Source: Thalassolituus hydrocarboniclasticus
Lineage (GTDB): Bacteria > Pseudomonadota > Gammaproteobacteria > Pseudomonadales > Oceanobacteraceae
Assembly (NCBI RefSeq): GCF_025345565.1
Contig: NZ_CP054475.1
Span: 3,233,129-3,265,128, forward strand
Direction: 5' to 3'
Length of the DNA stretch: 32,000 bases
Shown here: piece after piece, positions 15,967 to 24,553 of the stretch
How the letters are laid out: each line of letters opens with the position of its first letter
How positions within the stretch are numbered: the stretch's first letter is position 1
The notes under the pieces: model-generated
What the model saw: the letters and a program-made list of their open reading frames with translations, nothing else
Database searches by the model: none
Told to the model about the DNA's origin: nothing
Position numbers and translations under genes: made by a program

Positions 15967-17036
15967 CAGAAACGTACCCCCAGCGTCAGGTCATAACTTG
16001 AACCGCCGAATTTCCCAACCTCTTCATAACCGTCTTTTTTATCCCAGCGGGCATCGACTTCTGGCAGGTAGGTGACGCCAAAATCCATAAAGCCATCACT
16101 GAAAAACGGGAATTCAAATCCAAAGCGGAAGATAAGGGAGTTGCTGTCATTGAAGAAGGCCTGCCCCATGCCCAGATACACCCGGGTATCGATCAGCTCA
16201 TCCATACTTGGAATATCGGCAATAATCCGGCCCTCGAGATTTATTCCTGATACGTTAAATAAATCGGTACCGGAGAAATTTCGGAAATATTCAATCGCCA
16301 GAGTATATTCCAGACTGTCATCAATACTGGTGGTTTCACGCCGGCGCAGACCAAATACAGTTACGCCATTAACTTCTTCAGAGCTGCCATCTGTCAGGTT
16401 TTTCCGGCTGCCATCAATCCCCCAGGCACCCACTGTTAATTCATAGTTAACCGCATCGAATCCCTGCTCTTCCTGTTCACGGGTCGTTATCTTCGAATAT
16501 TCCTTAAGCCACAACAGCTGATTATTCCGGCCGTCAACCATGCGCAGGTTGATGGTAAATTTGTCTTCGTGTACTGAAGCATTCCAGAAAATAAAAGCAT
16601 CCGCGCGCACGTGTTTGGCCAGAGCCCGGAGAGCCTGATTGGATTCTGCTGCGTGGGATATTTCCAGCTTATCGGCACGCATCGCTACCTGTGTAGTCCG
16701 GCACTCAATACACTGAATAACCTCAAAGCGTCCGCTATCCATAATCCGGTGCATCAGTTTATTTTCAATCATCAGATGCACCTGCTTGGGAATCTGACGA
16801 TGGAGACGATCACCATTATGATAAAGGGCAACACGGCGGATATTGCTGTCCAGATCGATAAGTTCTTCCAGAACCAGCGTTTTATCATCATCCAGCAATT
16901 GCCCGAAACCGGTATATAAAGAGGGGGCCGGTGAACTCAGTGGCAGCTCGGTTTTGTTATCGGCACAGGCCAGAGAGGGCAGTAACAGCAGGCTGATAAT
17001 CAGCGATAGCTGTTGGAATAGCGTCGGGGAGTTCAT
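15966..17036 (-). CDS. Exported CsgG/FlgO-like and outer-membrane beta-barrel-like protein
   Basis: 356 aa. Signal peptide ending LACA, N-terminal TolB/CsgG-like alpha-beta region (LMHRIMDSGRFEVIQC...ALAKHVRADAFIFWNASV). C-terminus ends in aromatic SSYDLTLGVRF, typical of outer-membrane barrels. Confidence 0.6.
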   Translation of the reverse strand: MNSPTLFQQLSLIISLLLLPSLACADNKTELPLSSPAPSLYTGFGQLLDDDKTLVLEELIDLDSNIRRVALYHNGDRLHRQIPKQVHLMIENKLMHRIMDSGRFEVIQCIECRTTQVAMRADKLEISHAAESNQALRALAKHVRADAFIFWNASVHEDKFTINLRMVDGRNNQLLWLKEYSKITTREQEEQGFDAVNYELTVGAWGIDGSRKNLTDGSSEEVNGVTVFGLRRRETTSIDDSLEYTLAIEYFRNFSGTDLFNVSGINLEGRIIADIPSMDELIDTRVYLGMGQAFFNDSNSLIFRFGFEFPFFSDGFMDFGVTYLPEVDARWDKKDGYEEVGKFGGSSYDLTLGVRF

Positions 17037-17354
17037 TCAATATCCTTTCGTCAGGAGTCCTGATTTTTCTCCCTCCAGCTTAGTTCATATTTCAGAAACT
17101 GAAGTTTTCGCCAGCACTTATTCCGTTTACTTAACATGAGTTAAACAATCAGCACTTTAATACCTTTACTGATTCGCCAATTTTTTTACGGCAAATACCG
17201 CAGACGGGCGCAGATATCCAGCCTCTCTGTTTCCTTCATTTGCAGAACTTTTAAAACAGTGAAAATCTGCCTTTTTTCTGGCGATTTATTCTCGAAAAAG
17301 CGACAGAAAAACATTAAATCGTTTTTGTTCGTACAATCAGACTCAGTTCAGAGA

Positions 17355-17672
17355 CTAACGGCGCAGCATTTCCGCAACTTCACGATCTGTCTGCACCGCC
17401 AGACGCAAATCCCGGGCGGAAATTCCCTGTACGTCGTGACTCCACCACAACACCTCCAGCCTCCCCCAGCTTAAAGTCAGCTGTGGATGATGATCCTGCT
17501 GCTCGGCATGCACAGCAATATTATTAGCCAGATGCAGGGCTGCGCTGAAATTGTTCAGCGTTATGCTGCGCAGCAATGCCGGCACACCGGCAACCTGGGT
17601 TAACTGCCAGTGCGGATGCTCCGCCAGCCAGCTCTGCAATTGCGTGTCATCTATACGGTCGTCAGTCATCAT
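17355..17672 (-). CDS. phhB: Pterin-4a-carbinolamine dehydratase
   Basis: 105 aa. LRSITLNNFSAALHLANNIAVHAEQQDHHPQLTLSWGRLEVLWWSHDVQGISARDLRLA matches the PCD pattern. Confidence 0.8.
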   Translation of the reverse strand: MMTDDRIDDTQLQSWLAEHPHWQLTQVAGVPALLRSITLNNFSAALHLANNIAVHAEQQDHHPQLTLSWGRLEVLWWSHDVQGISARDLRLAVQTDREVAEMLRR

Positions 17673-17773
17673 CCATCTCCCCGGGCAGAATATTCACATT
17701 AGCGGGAAAATCCGGCTTTGCAGAGTCTTTTCTGCGCCAATGTCATTCATACGATGGCTTTACGACAGGCACA

Positions 17774-17799
17774 AAAAAAGGAGCCGGAGCTCCTTTTTT
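17774..17799. terminator. Terminator after fumarase
   Basis: AAAAAAGGAGC-CGGA-GCTCCTTTTTT inverted repeat. Confidence 0.85.
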
Positions 17800-17832
17800 A
17801 TGTATCGCGGTTTAACGCTTATGCGCCTGCGA

Positions 17833-19341
17833 TCAGACTTCGGTTGCGTTAATCTTGGCGTACCAGGTTTGCGGGCCGGTCTTATGTACCGACTCACCTT
17901 TGGTATCCACGGCCACGGTTACCGGCATATCTTCGACTTCAAATTCGTAGATCGCTTCCATGCCCAGATCATCAAAGCCAACAACCTTAGCGCCTTTGAT
18001 TGCCTGAGATACCAGATAAGCAGCGCCACCAACGGCCATCAGATACACAGCTTCGTTATCTTTAATGGCCTCAATGGCGATGTCGCCACGCTCAGATTTA
18101 CCGATCATGCCCAGCAGGCCGGTTTTTTCCAGCACGGTACGGGTGAACTTATCCATACGGGTCGCAGTCGTCGGGCCAGCCGGACCAACCACTTCTTCGC
18201 GTACCGGATCAACCGGGCCCACGTAATAGATAAAGCGGCCTTTCAGATCGACCGGCAGCTCTTCACCTTTAGCGATCATATCGACCATACGCTTATGCGC
18301 CGCATCACGGCCGGTCAGCATCTTGCCGGACAGCAGGACGGTTTCACCGGTTTTCCAGTCTTTTACGTCTTCCGGAGTGATGGTGTCCAGATTCACACGG
18401 CGTACAGAATCACCCACTTCCCAGGTGATCTGTGGCCAGTCTTCCACTTTCGGCGCTTTGAGAACCGCCGGGCCGGAACCATCCAGCACAAAGTGAGTGT
18501 GACGGGTTGCGGCACAGTTAGGAATAATCGCCACCGGCTTGTTTGCCGCGTGAGTCGGGTAATCAGCCACTTTGATGTCCAGTACAGTGGTCAGACCACC
18601 CAGACCCTGTGCACCAATGCCCAGTTTGTTCACTTTTTCGAACAGTTCCAGACGCAGTTCTTCGGCGCGGTTCTGTGCACCACGAGCCTGCAGTTCCTGA
18701 ATGTTGATTGGCTCCAGCAGTGCTTCTTTAGCCAGCATCATGGCTTTTTCAGCGGTACCACCGATACCAATGCCCAGCATACCCGGCGGACACCAGCCAG
18801 CACCCATTTTAGGCACCTGTTCCAGCACCCAATCAACGATGGAGTCAGACGGGTTCAGCATGGCGAACTTGGATTTGGCTTCAGAGCCGCCGCCTTTGGC
18901 TGCCACATGCACGTCCACGGTGTTACCCGGAACCAGTTTCATGTGGATGATGGCCGGCGTGTTGTCTTTGGTGTTGGCACGTTTGCCATCCGGATCAGCC
19001 AGCACAGAGGCGCGCAGCACGTTGTCAGGATGGGTGTAAGCGCGGCGTACGCCTTCGTTACACATATCCTCAACACTCATGTCGCCTTCGAACTTCACGT
19101 CCATACCAATGGTCAGGAACACGGTAACAATACCGGTATCCTGACAGATCGGACGGTGGCCCATGGCACACATACGGGAGTTGATCAGAATCTGCGCCAT
19201 GGCGTCTTTCGCAGCCTTGGACTCTTCGCGCTCATAAGCCGCATGCACGGCATCAATGAAGTCTTTCGGGTGATAGTACGAGATGTACTGCAGTGCATCA
19301 GCGACGCTCTGGATCAGGTCTTCTTGCTTGATCACAGTCAT
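17833..19341 (-). CDS. fumA: Class I fumarate hydratase
   Basis: 502 aa. ICQDTGIVTVFLTIGM, GGGSEAKSKFAMLNPSDS, MGAGWCPPGMLGIGIGGTAEKAM, GPAGPTTATRMDKFT, AVGGAAYLVSQAIKGAKVVGFDDLGMEAIYEFEVEDMPVTVAVD. Confidence 0.95.
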   Translation of the reverse strand: MTVIKQEDLIQSVADALQYISYYHPKDFIDAVHAAYEREESKAAKDAMAQILINSRMCAMGHRPICQDTGIVTVFLTIGMDVKFEGDMSVEDMCNEGVRRAYTHPDNVLRASVLADPDGKRANTKDNTPAIIHMKLVPGNTVDVHVAAKGGGSEAKSKFAMLNPSDSIVDWVLEQVPKMGAGWCPPGMLGIGIGGTAEKAMMLAKEALLEPINIQELQARGAQNRAEELRLELFEKVNKLGIGAQGLGGLTTVLDIKVADYPTHAANKPVAIIPNCAATRHTHFVLDGSGPAVLKAPKVEDWPQITWEVGDSVRRVNLDTITPEDVKDWKTGETVLLSGKMLTGRDAAHKRMVDMIAKGEELPVDLKGRFIYYVGPVDPVREEVVGPAGPTTATRMDKFTRTVLEKTGLLGMIGKSERGDIAIEAIKDNEAVYLMAVGGAAYLVSQAIKGAKVVGFDDLGMEAIYEFEVEDMPVTVAVDTKGESVHKTGPQTWYAKINATEV

Positions 19342-19431
19342 GACGGGTTCTCTCTCATAGGCTCGCGGGTGTAAAAACGCCCACGTCGGTGGGCGTTACA
19401 GTCGGCCTATTGTACCCCAACTACTGCCGGT

Positions 19432-20136
19432 CTAGAACGGCCACCACTCCTCGGCTTTAGTTCTAGGCTTGGCTTTGGCGCCGGATTCATCGCTCACCTC
19501 TTCGCTATCGGCATCAGCGCTGCCACCGAAGACCTGCTCAGCCATTTCATCTTCTGCCACCGGACGTGGTTTAAGACGATCACGACCATGATGAATCATT
19601 TTAGTTACCGGCAACTCTGCCAGAGCAATACTTGGCGCCACCAGCTGTAATGGTCCATCCCCGAGAGGGATATCTTCCAGATCCGGCTCAACGGTTGGCG
19701 GGTCTATCTCAGAATAACGCAGGTAATACACTTTACCGGGCTTAACATCGAGTCTGAGCTGCGCCACCCGTTTAATTACAAAGTCGCCAACACCTTCAAG
19801 CCCGAGCAGACCGCGGCGGATGATGACATCGTATTCCCCCGGCTCCATTTCATACCAGGTGTAACCGCCGCCCTTAATATTGAACAGGCGCTCATCATTC
19901 ACATTAAAGCTCGGAGTTTCCAGCTCATCCATCGACCACTGGGTAGCCGGACGATAAACGTAAATGAGGGCTGTATTTTCATAATCCCAGCGATAGCCGA
20001 CGGCTTTAAAAGGCTGTCCATCCGGCTCGGATACGTAGGAGCCGAAACTGTCACCAATGGATTGATGGATGGTACATCCGCCCAGCAGCAACGACAGCAG
20101 CACGGAAGAAAGACCAAGCGAGACGATTTTTATCAT
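19432..20136 (-). CDS. Lipoprotein, DUF2846-like
   Basis: 234 aa. Lipobox LLLGGC and ALIYVYRPATQWSMDELETPSFNVNDERLFNIKGGGYTWYEMEPGEYDVII...VKPGKVYYLRY. Confidence 0.75.
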   Translation of the reverse strand: MIKIVSLGLSSVLLSLLLGGCTIHQSIGDSFGSYVSEPDGQPFKAVGYRWDYENTALIYVYRPATQWSMDELETPSFNVNDERLFNIKGGGYTWYEMEPGEYDVIIRRGLLGLEGVGDFVIKRVAQLRLDVKPGKVYYLRYSEIDPPTVEPDLEDIPLGDGPLQLVAPSIALAELPVTKMIHHGRDRLKPRPVAEDEMAEQVFGGSADADSEEVSDESGAKAKPRTKAEEWWPF

Positions 20137-20328
20137 TATTATTTTCCTGCCCGTATTGGGTAAAAGCTGTACCCGGCGACATAAAGCGCCTGCTTTGCTG
20201 CATCGTCAGCCAGGGTCCCTGCCCGGCAAAATTTACAGTGCAAAACCGGCTCACCAGTGTACATAAAAAACTCAGCTTGCTATGATGACATACTTACAAA
20301 AAATAACAAAAACAAAAGGGGTCAACTC

Positions 20329-20820
20329 ATGGAAAGATCCTGTTTTATCATCGCCTGCATCCTTCTGCCACTGGCTGCTGCCCACACACAGGCGGCACCG
20401 GTGAATGAGTCTTACTATTCCTCTGATCTTGAGGATGCCGTTGCGGAAGCTAAACGCAATCCGGTCAACAGCGAGTACGTTGGCCGCTCCTGGTACAACC
20501 GCAGCACCTCCAAGAGCTTCCCGCTGCCGAAACTGCTGAATACCGAAATGGATGCCGAAGTGGTAGAAGGCGCTATGGGCCCGACCGCAGCCGGTGAAGC
20601 GGCCGCCCTCGAAGCTCAGCAACCTGTGCGTGATATCGCTCAGGGCCGCAAAAGCAAGCAGGAAACCCTGGCCGAAGCCAAGAAAAAGCAGGATAAGCCG
20701 GACGAAGAACGGGTTGTTGAACGCTCGCAGGAAATTCACGTACGCGAAGCCCGCTCGAGAGACAGCCGCGTAACGGACATCCGTGCCACCGTAAACATCA
20801 AGGCCACTTACAAGCCCTGA
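20329..20820 (+). CDS. Small exported protein, paralogue A of a tandem pair
   Basis: ATG at 20329 (MERSCFIIACILLPLAAAHTQAAP...) with AAAAGGGG RBS and signal peptide. Part of track ORF 20257..20820. Confidence 0.75.
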   Translation: MERSCFIIACILLPLAAAHTQAAPVNESYYSSDLEDAVAEAKRNPVNSEYVGRSWYNRSTSKSFPLPKLLNTEMDAEVVEGAMGPTAAGEAAALEAQQPVRDIAQGRKSKQETLAEAKKKQDKPDEERVVERSQEIHVREARSRDSRVTDIRATVNIKATYKP

Positions 20821-20834
20821 GCGCCGAGGTCATT

Positions 20835-21242
20835 ATGAGAACAGCTGCGATCAGCCTGCTTACTCTGTTAGCCGCAACGACGCTCAGCGTCCGTGCGGCC
20901 AATCCTCATGATGAGTATTATTCGAACGATATTTTTACAGCAATCGAAGAAGCCAAGCAGCGTACCCACCATTACGACTACAGCCGGGCACAGCGCTATA
21001 ACCGCTCGACGTCGCAGAGCATTCAGTTCTCAAGGTTGCTGAACAAGGAGATGGCGCAAACCATCGTTGAAACACCGGACAGTATTGATGTTGATCCTAA
21101 AGCAGAAACCAGCGACAAACTGGATACAGACTCTCTGACACCACAGGACAGTGAGAAAATGCCGGCGATCGATACAGCACCACCATCCCTGCCCTCCAAC
21201 GTCAGCATCGGCACCACCTCGGTAACCATCACCGTACGCTGA
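20835..21242 (+). CDS. Small exported protein, paralogue B of a tandem pair
   Basis: 135 aa with signal peptide MRTAAISLLTLLAATTLSVRAA. Shares YYSxDxxxAxxEAK...YNRSTSxSxxxxxLLNxEM with paralogue A. Confidence 0.75.
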   Translation: MRTAAISLLTLLAATTLSVRAANPHDEYYSNDIFTAIEEAKQRTHHYDYSRAQRYNRSTSQSIQFSRLLNKEMAQTIVETPDSIDVDPKAETSDKLDTDSLTPQDSEKMPAIDTAPPSLPSNVSIGTTSVTITVR

Positions 21243-21249
21243 CAGGCAT

Positions 21250-22110
21250 TTACGCCAGCAATGAAGCGCGGATCCTGACGCGTAAAGGTGTCGCCAGCTG
21301 CAACAGCATACGATCCCGTAACCAGAGCGGGCGCAGGTCGTCAGGCAGCTGCGGCTGCAGTACTTCCTGACAGGTCAGAACCTCTTCCAGAGCATCCAGA
21401 GCCGCCAGTGAATAGTGCTGTGGCGAGGCAGAGAAAATATCCGCCAGATGCCCGGCCGCTGCCAATAATTGTTCACCTTCTCCGCCGCTATGGGTATTTG
21501 CCAGCAACCAGCCACTGAATGCCAGCGCAACATGCACATCTTCCCAGTAGCGGAAAGGCTTATTCAGCTGACGATGAGCATCATGGCAACGGTAGGCCGA
21601 GGTGATGTTTACATTGGTGAAGCGTACCGGGGTATGGGGAACATCCGCTAAGAAAGGCTGCTCTTTACGCGCAGCCAGAACTTCAATCCCTGTCGCATCT
21701 ACCGCTACCTGCACACACAGCAGATCATCATCGCAGGCAGCAACCACATACAGCAGGTCGAGCCCACGGCTGGCCAGCATGACATGGGATTTTTCGCCAT
21801 TCAGACAGGAAGTTTGTGCGTCAAAGCGGGTCTGCATCTGCCGCAAAGAACGTAATCCGGCTTCAGAGATACAGAATGCCGCCCAGGCGTCGGCAGCAAG
21901 TTGCGGATCAAGCTGACGCATCGCCGCCTGATAACCGCAGAAAAACGCAGTGCCCGGCGTCGCCGCACGCTGACCGTATTGCCAGGCGACTTCTATGGAT
22001 GTGAGGGTGCAGAAAGAATTGGCAAGCTCACGCCGCAGCTGCGCCGCATCCTGCTCAAGAGACAGGCGTGGTGCCGTAGCACCACGCTGACATAATGCGG
22101 ACAGCGGCAT
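21250..22110 (-). CDS. Divergent acyl-CoA-dehydrogenase-like protein, tentative
   Basis: 286 aa. Weak resemblance to the C-terminal part of acyl-CoA dehydrogenases. TAATG overlap with the upstream gene. Confidence 0.5.
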   Translation of the reverse strand: MPLSALCQRGATAPRLSLEQDAAQLRRELANSFCTLTSIEVAWQYGQRAATPGTAFFCGYQAAMRQLDPQLAADAWAAFCISEAGLRSLRQMQTRFDAQTSCLNGEKSHVMLASRGLDLLYVVAACDDDLLCVQVAVDATGIEVLAARKEQPFLADVPHTPVRFTNVNITSAYRCHDAHRQLNKPFRYWEDVHVALAFSGWLLANTHSGGEGEQLLAAAGHLADIFSASPQHYSLAALDALEEVLTCQEVLQPQLPDDLRPLWLRDRMLLQLATPLRVRIRASLLA

Positions 22111-22928
22111 TATTGTGCGCCGCCACCCAGCGCATTCTGAATGCGGTCCAGACGGATCTGAATATCTTCAATTTCCAGCTTCATATCGGCCAGATTACCG
22201 CCAGCGCCACTCTGACGCATCTTGGTCATAGCCGCTTCCAGAGACTGAATAGACTCGGTGTTCTGCGCCACGCGCAGCTCCGTTTCCGCAGGCATCGACA
22301 GCACCTGAGCTTCGACTTTGGCTATCTTCTTCTTCAGGTCAGCAATACCAGCATCCAGTTTCTTCTGTAATGCAGCATCGCTTGCTGCCAGAGCTTTCTG
22401 CTGTTTGTCATTGCTGGCCTTCAGTTCTTTATCCAGACCGGCCAGCGATCCTTTTAACGACGTGATGGCTTTTTCATTGCTGGCGATATCAGCCTTATTA
22501 CGCTTATTCGCCACATCCCAGAGTTTACGGATTTCGGTATCGTGTTCTTTGATAATTACTTTCAGAGCATCCAGCGACAGGTTGGCATTTTCACCAGTAA
22601 CCGACAGTTTCTCATTCAGCACATTAATATTGGCAGCCTGGCTTTTCAGCAGTGCTTCAGCATTGGCAAACTGTCCCTGCAGAGTCTGTAACTGCGTAAA
22701 CAAAAAGGCGGCCAGACCACCCATTGCCACAGCAACGACCAGCGCCACAACAGCCAGCGTCTGTTTCTGTACTGGCGCGGCTACAGTCGCTGCAGCCGAT
22801 GGACCGGCTTTTGCCGCTGCTGCACGCTGGGCCGCAATACGACGAGCCTGCAACTGCTTCTGACGCAGGGCAATATCTTCCTGCGATGGCTTCATATCCG
22901 GCACCAGTGGTTCTTTTTCTTTATCCAT
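22110..22928 (-). CDS. Single-TM protein with long coiled coil (HemX-like architecture)
   Basis: 272 aa. Ala-rich cytoplasmic N-terminus, TM LAVVALVVAVAMGGLAAFLFTQL, then heptad-rich coiled coil. Confidence 0.7.
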   Translation of the reverse strand: MDKEKEPLVPDMKPSQEDIALRQKQLQARRIAAQRAAAAKAGPSAAATVAAPVQKQTLAVVALVVAVAMGGLAAFLFTQLQTLQGQFANAEALLKSQAANINVLNEKLSVTGENANLSLDALKVIIKEHDTEIRKLWDVANKRNKADIASNEKAITSLKGSLAGLDKELKASNDKQQKALAASDAALQKKLDAGIADLKKKIAKVEAQVLSMPAETELRVAQNTESIQSLEAAMTKMRQSGAGGNLADMKLEIEDIQIRLDRIQNALGGGAQ

Positions 22929-23237
22929 TTTTTTGCCCCCACGAAAACGTCATCATTATTATTGCGCCCAGTATAACGGCATCTGCCGTCAGGATGAATT
23001 GCGGGCGCTGTTATTCTTCCCCGCCATCAGCACCAGGCCAAAGGCTTACTGCATGCGACAGAGACAGTCTGTTCAATACCCCTACAAACCTCATGAATAG
23101 CACCCTAAATACAGTGGTGCTATGATTCGGGCTCTAAAGAAGCTCTGCCAGCCTGGTATTGTAAAAGCCAATCCTTACAGAGCTTCGATAATTCAGCAAG
23201 ATATGCAACCTGACTCAGTAATGAATGGAGATACACC

Positions 23238-23819
23238 ATGGCATTTGAATTACCAGCCCTGCCGTACGCAAAAGACGCACTGGAACCACACATTTCTGCC
23301 GAAACCCTGGATTTCCACCACGGCAAGCACCACAACACCTACGTGGTTAAGCTGAATGGCCTGATCGGCGGCACTGAGTTTGAAGGCAAAACTCTGGAAG
23401 AAATCATCAAAACTTCTTCCGGTGGCGTATTCAACAACGCAGCTCAGATCTGGAACCACACCTTCTACTGGAACAGCCTGAGCCCGAACGGCGGTGGCGA
23501 GCCTACTGGCGCTGTTGCTGATGCGATCAACGCTTCTTTTGGCTCTTTTGCTGATTTCCAGGCCAAATTCAACGATATGGCTGTTAACAACTTCGGTTCA
23601 AGCTGGACCTGGCTGGTGAAAAAAGCTGACGGCGCTCTGGACATTGTTAACACGTCCAACGCTGCAACCCCGATCACCGAAGGCCTGACTCCACTGATCA
23701 CTGTTGACCTGTGGGAACACGCTTACTACATCGATTACCGCAACGTACGTCCTGATTACCTGAAAGGTTTCTGGGCTCTGGTTAACTGGGAATTCGCCAA
23801 CGCGAACTTCGCTGCTTAA
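23238..23819 (+). CDS. sodB: Iron superoxide dismutase
   Basis: 193 aa. [105 protein letters not shown]. Confidence 0.97.
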   Translation: MAFELPALPYAKDALEPHISAETLDFHHGKHHNTYVVKLNGLIGGTEFEGKTLEEIIKTSSGGVFNNAAQIWNHTFYWNSLSPNGGGEPTGAVADAINASFGSFADFQAKFNDMAVNNFGSSWTWLVKKADGALDIVNTSNAATPITEGLTPLITVDLWEHAYYIDYRNVRPDYLKGFWALVNWEFANANFAA

Positions 23820-23841
23820 TCAGCCTTTGTGGTAAAAAGAA

Positions 23842-23867
23842 AACCGGGTTTTTACCCGGTTTTTTTA
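23842..23867 (+). terminator. Terminator after sodB
   Basis: AACCGGGT-TTTT-ACCCGGTT followed by a T-run. Confidence 0.9.
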
Positions 23868-23896
23868 TATCTGCGTATCTGCAAAACGGTAAAACT

Positions 23897-24484
23897 ATGA
23901 AGCTACTGCTCGCCTCCGGCTCGCCGTACCGCCGTGAACTACTGGCCCGGTTACGGATTCCTTTTGACTGTGCCAGCCCTGATATTGACGAAACACCATC
24001 GGCAAACGAATCGCCGCAGGATTATGTCGCCCGCCTGGCGTACGAAAAAGCCCGGGCACTGGCCGCACAATATCCGCAACACTGGATCATTGGCAGCGAT
24101 CAGACCTGTGTATTAAACAACCAGATCTGCGGCAAGCCCGGTAACCACGACAACGCCGTTGCCCAACTGCAACGCGCCAATGGCCAGCGCGTCAGTTTTT
24201 ATACCGGTCTGTGCCTGCTTAACAGTGACAGTGGTGAATATTATTCGCTGACAGAGCCTTTCCATGTGCATTTCCGCAATCTCAGCGATGCAGAGATCGA
24301 ACGTTATGTCACACTCGAGCAGCCTTATGACTGTGCCGGCAGTTTTAAAGTGGAAGGGCTGGGTATTAATTTATTTGAAAAACTGGAAGGTCGTGATGCC
24401 AACAGTCTGATCGGACTGCCATTAATCGGACTGTTGGATTTAATGCGCAAGGCCGGACTGCAGCCGCTGGAGCTTGCTCAATAA
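23897..24484 (+). CDS. yceF: Maf-family nucleoside triphosphate pyrophosphatase, YceF-like
   Basis: 195 aa. LLASGSPYRRELLARLRIPFDCASPDIDE, ARLAYEKARALA, IIGSDQTCVLNNQICGKPG, YDCAGSFKVEGLGINLFEKLEGRDANSLIGLPLIGLLDLMRKAG. Confidence 0.92.
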   Translation: MKLLLASGSPYRRELLARLRIPFDCASPDIDETPSANESPQDYVARLAYEKARALAAQYPQHWIIGSDQTCVLNNQICGKPGNHDNAVAQLQRANGQRVSFYTGLCLLNSDSGEYYSLTEPFHVHFRNLSDAEIERYVTLEQPYDCAGSFKVEGLGINLFEKLEGRDANSLIGLPLIGLLDLMRKAGLQPLELAQ

Positions 24485-24500
24485 TTTAACAAAGCCATAA

Positions 24501-24527
24501 ATAAAAAAGCCCCGTAAAACGGGGCCT
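24501..24527 (-). terminator. Terminator after gspD
   Basis: Minus strand GCCCCGT-TTT-ACGGGGC-TTTTTTAT. Confidence 0.85.
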
Positions 24528-24553
24528 TATGATTCTGAATCACAGCAAGAAGA

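Noticed and set aside
11849-17036. Ordinary flagellar locus
   Set aside because: No flagellin, hook, rod, FliM/FliN or export genes are seen, and the rotor-like protein is a single fusion. The full genome is still needed to be sure.
17551-19374. 607-aa plus-strand ORF
   Set aside because: It is antisense across the unmistakable class I fumarase gene and has low-information His/Arg-rich sequence typical of shadow ORFs in GC-biased coding DNA.
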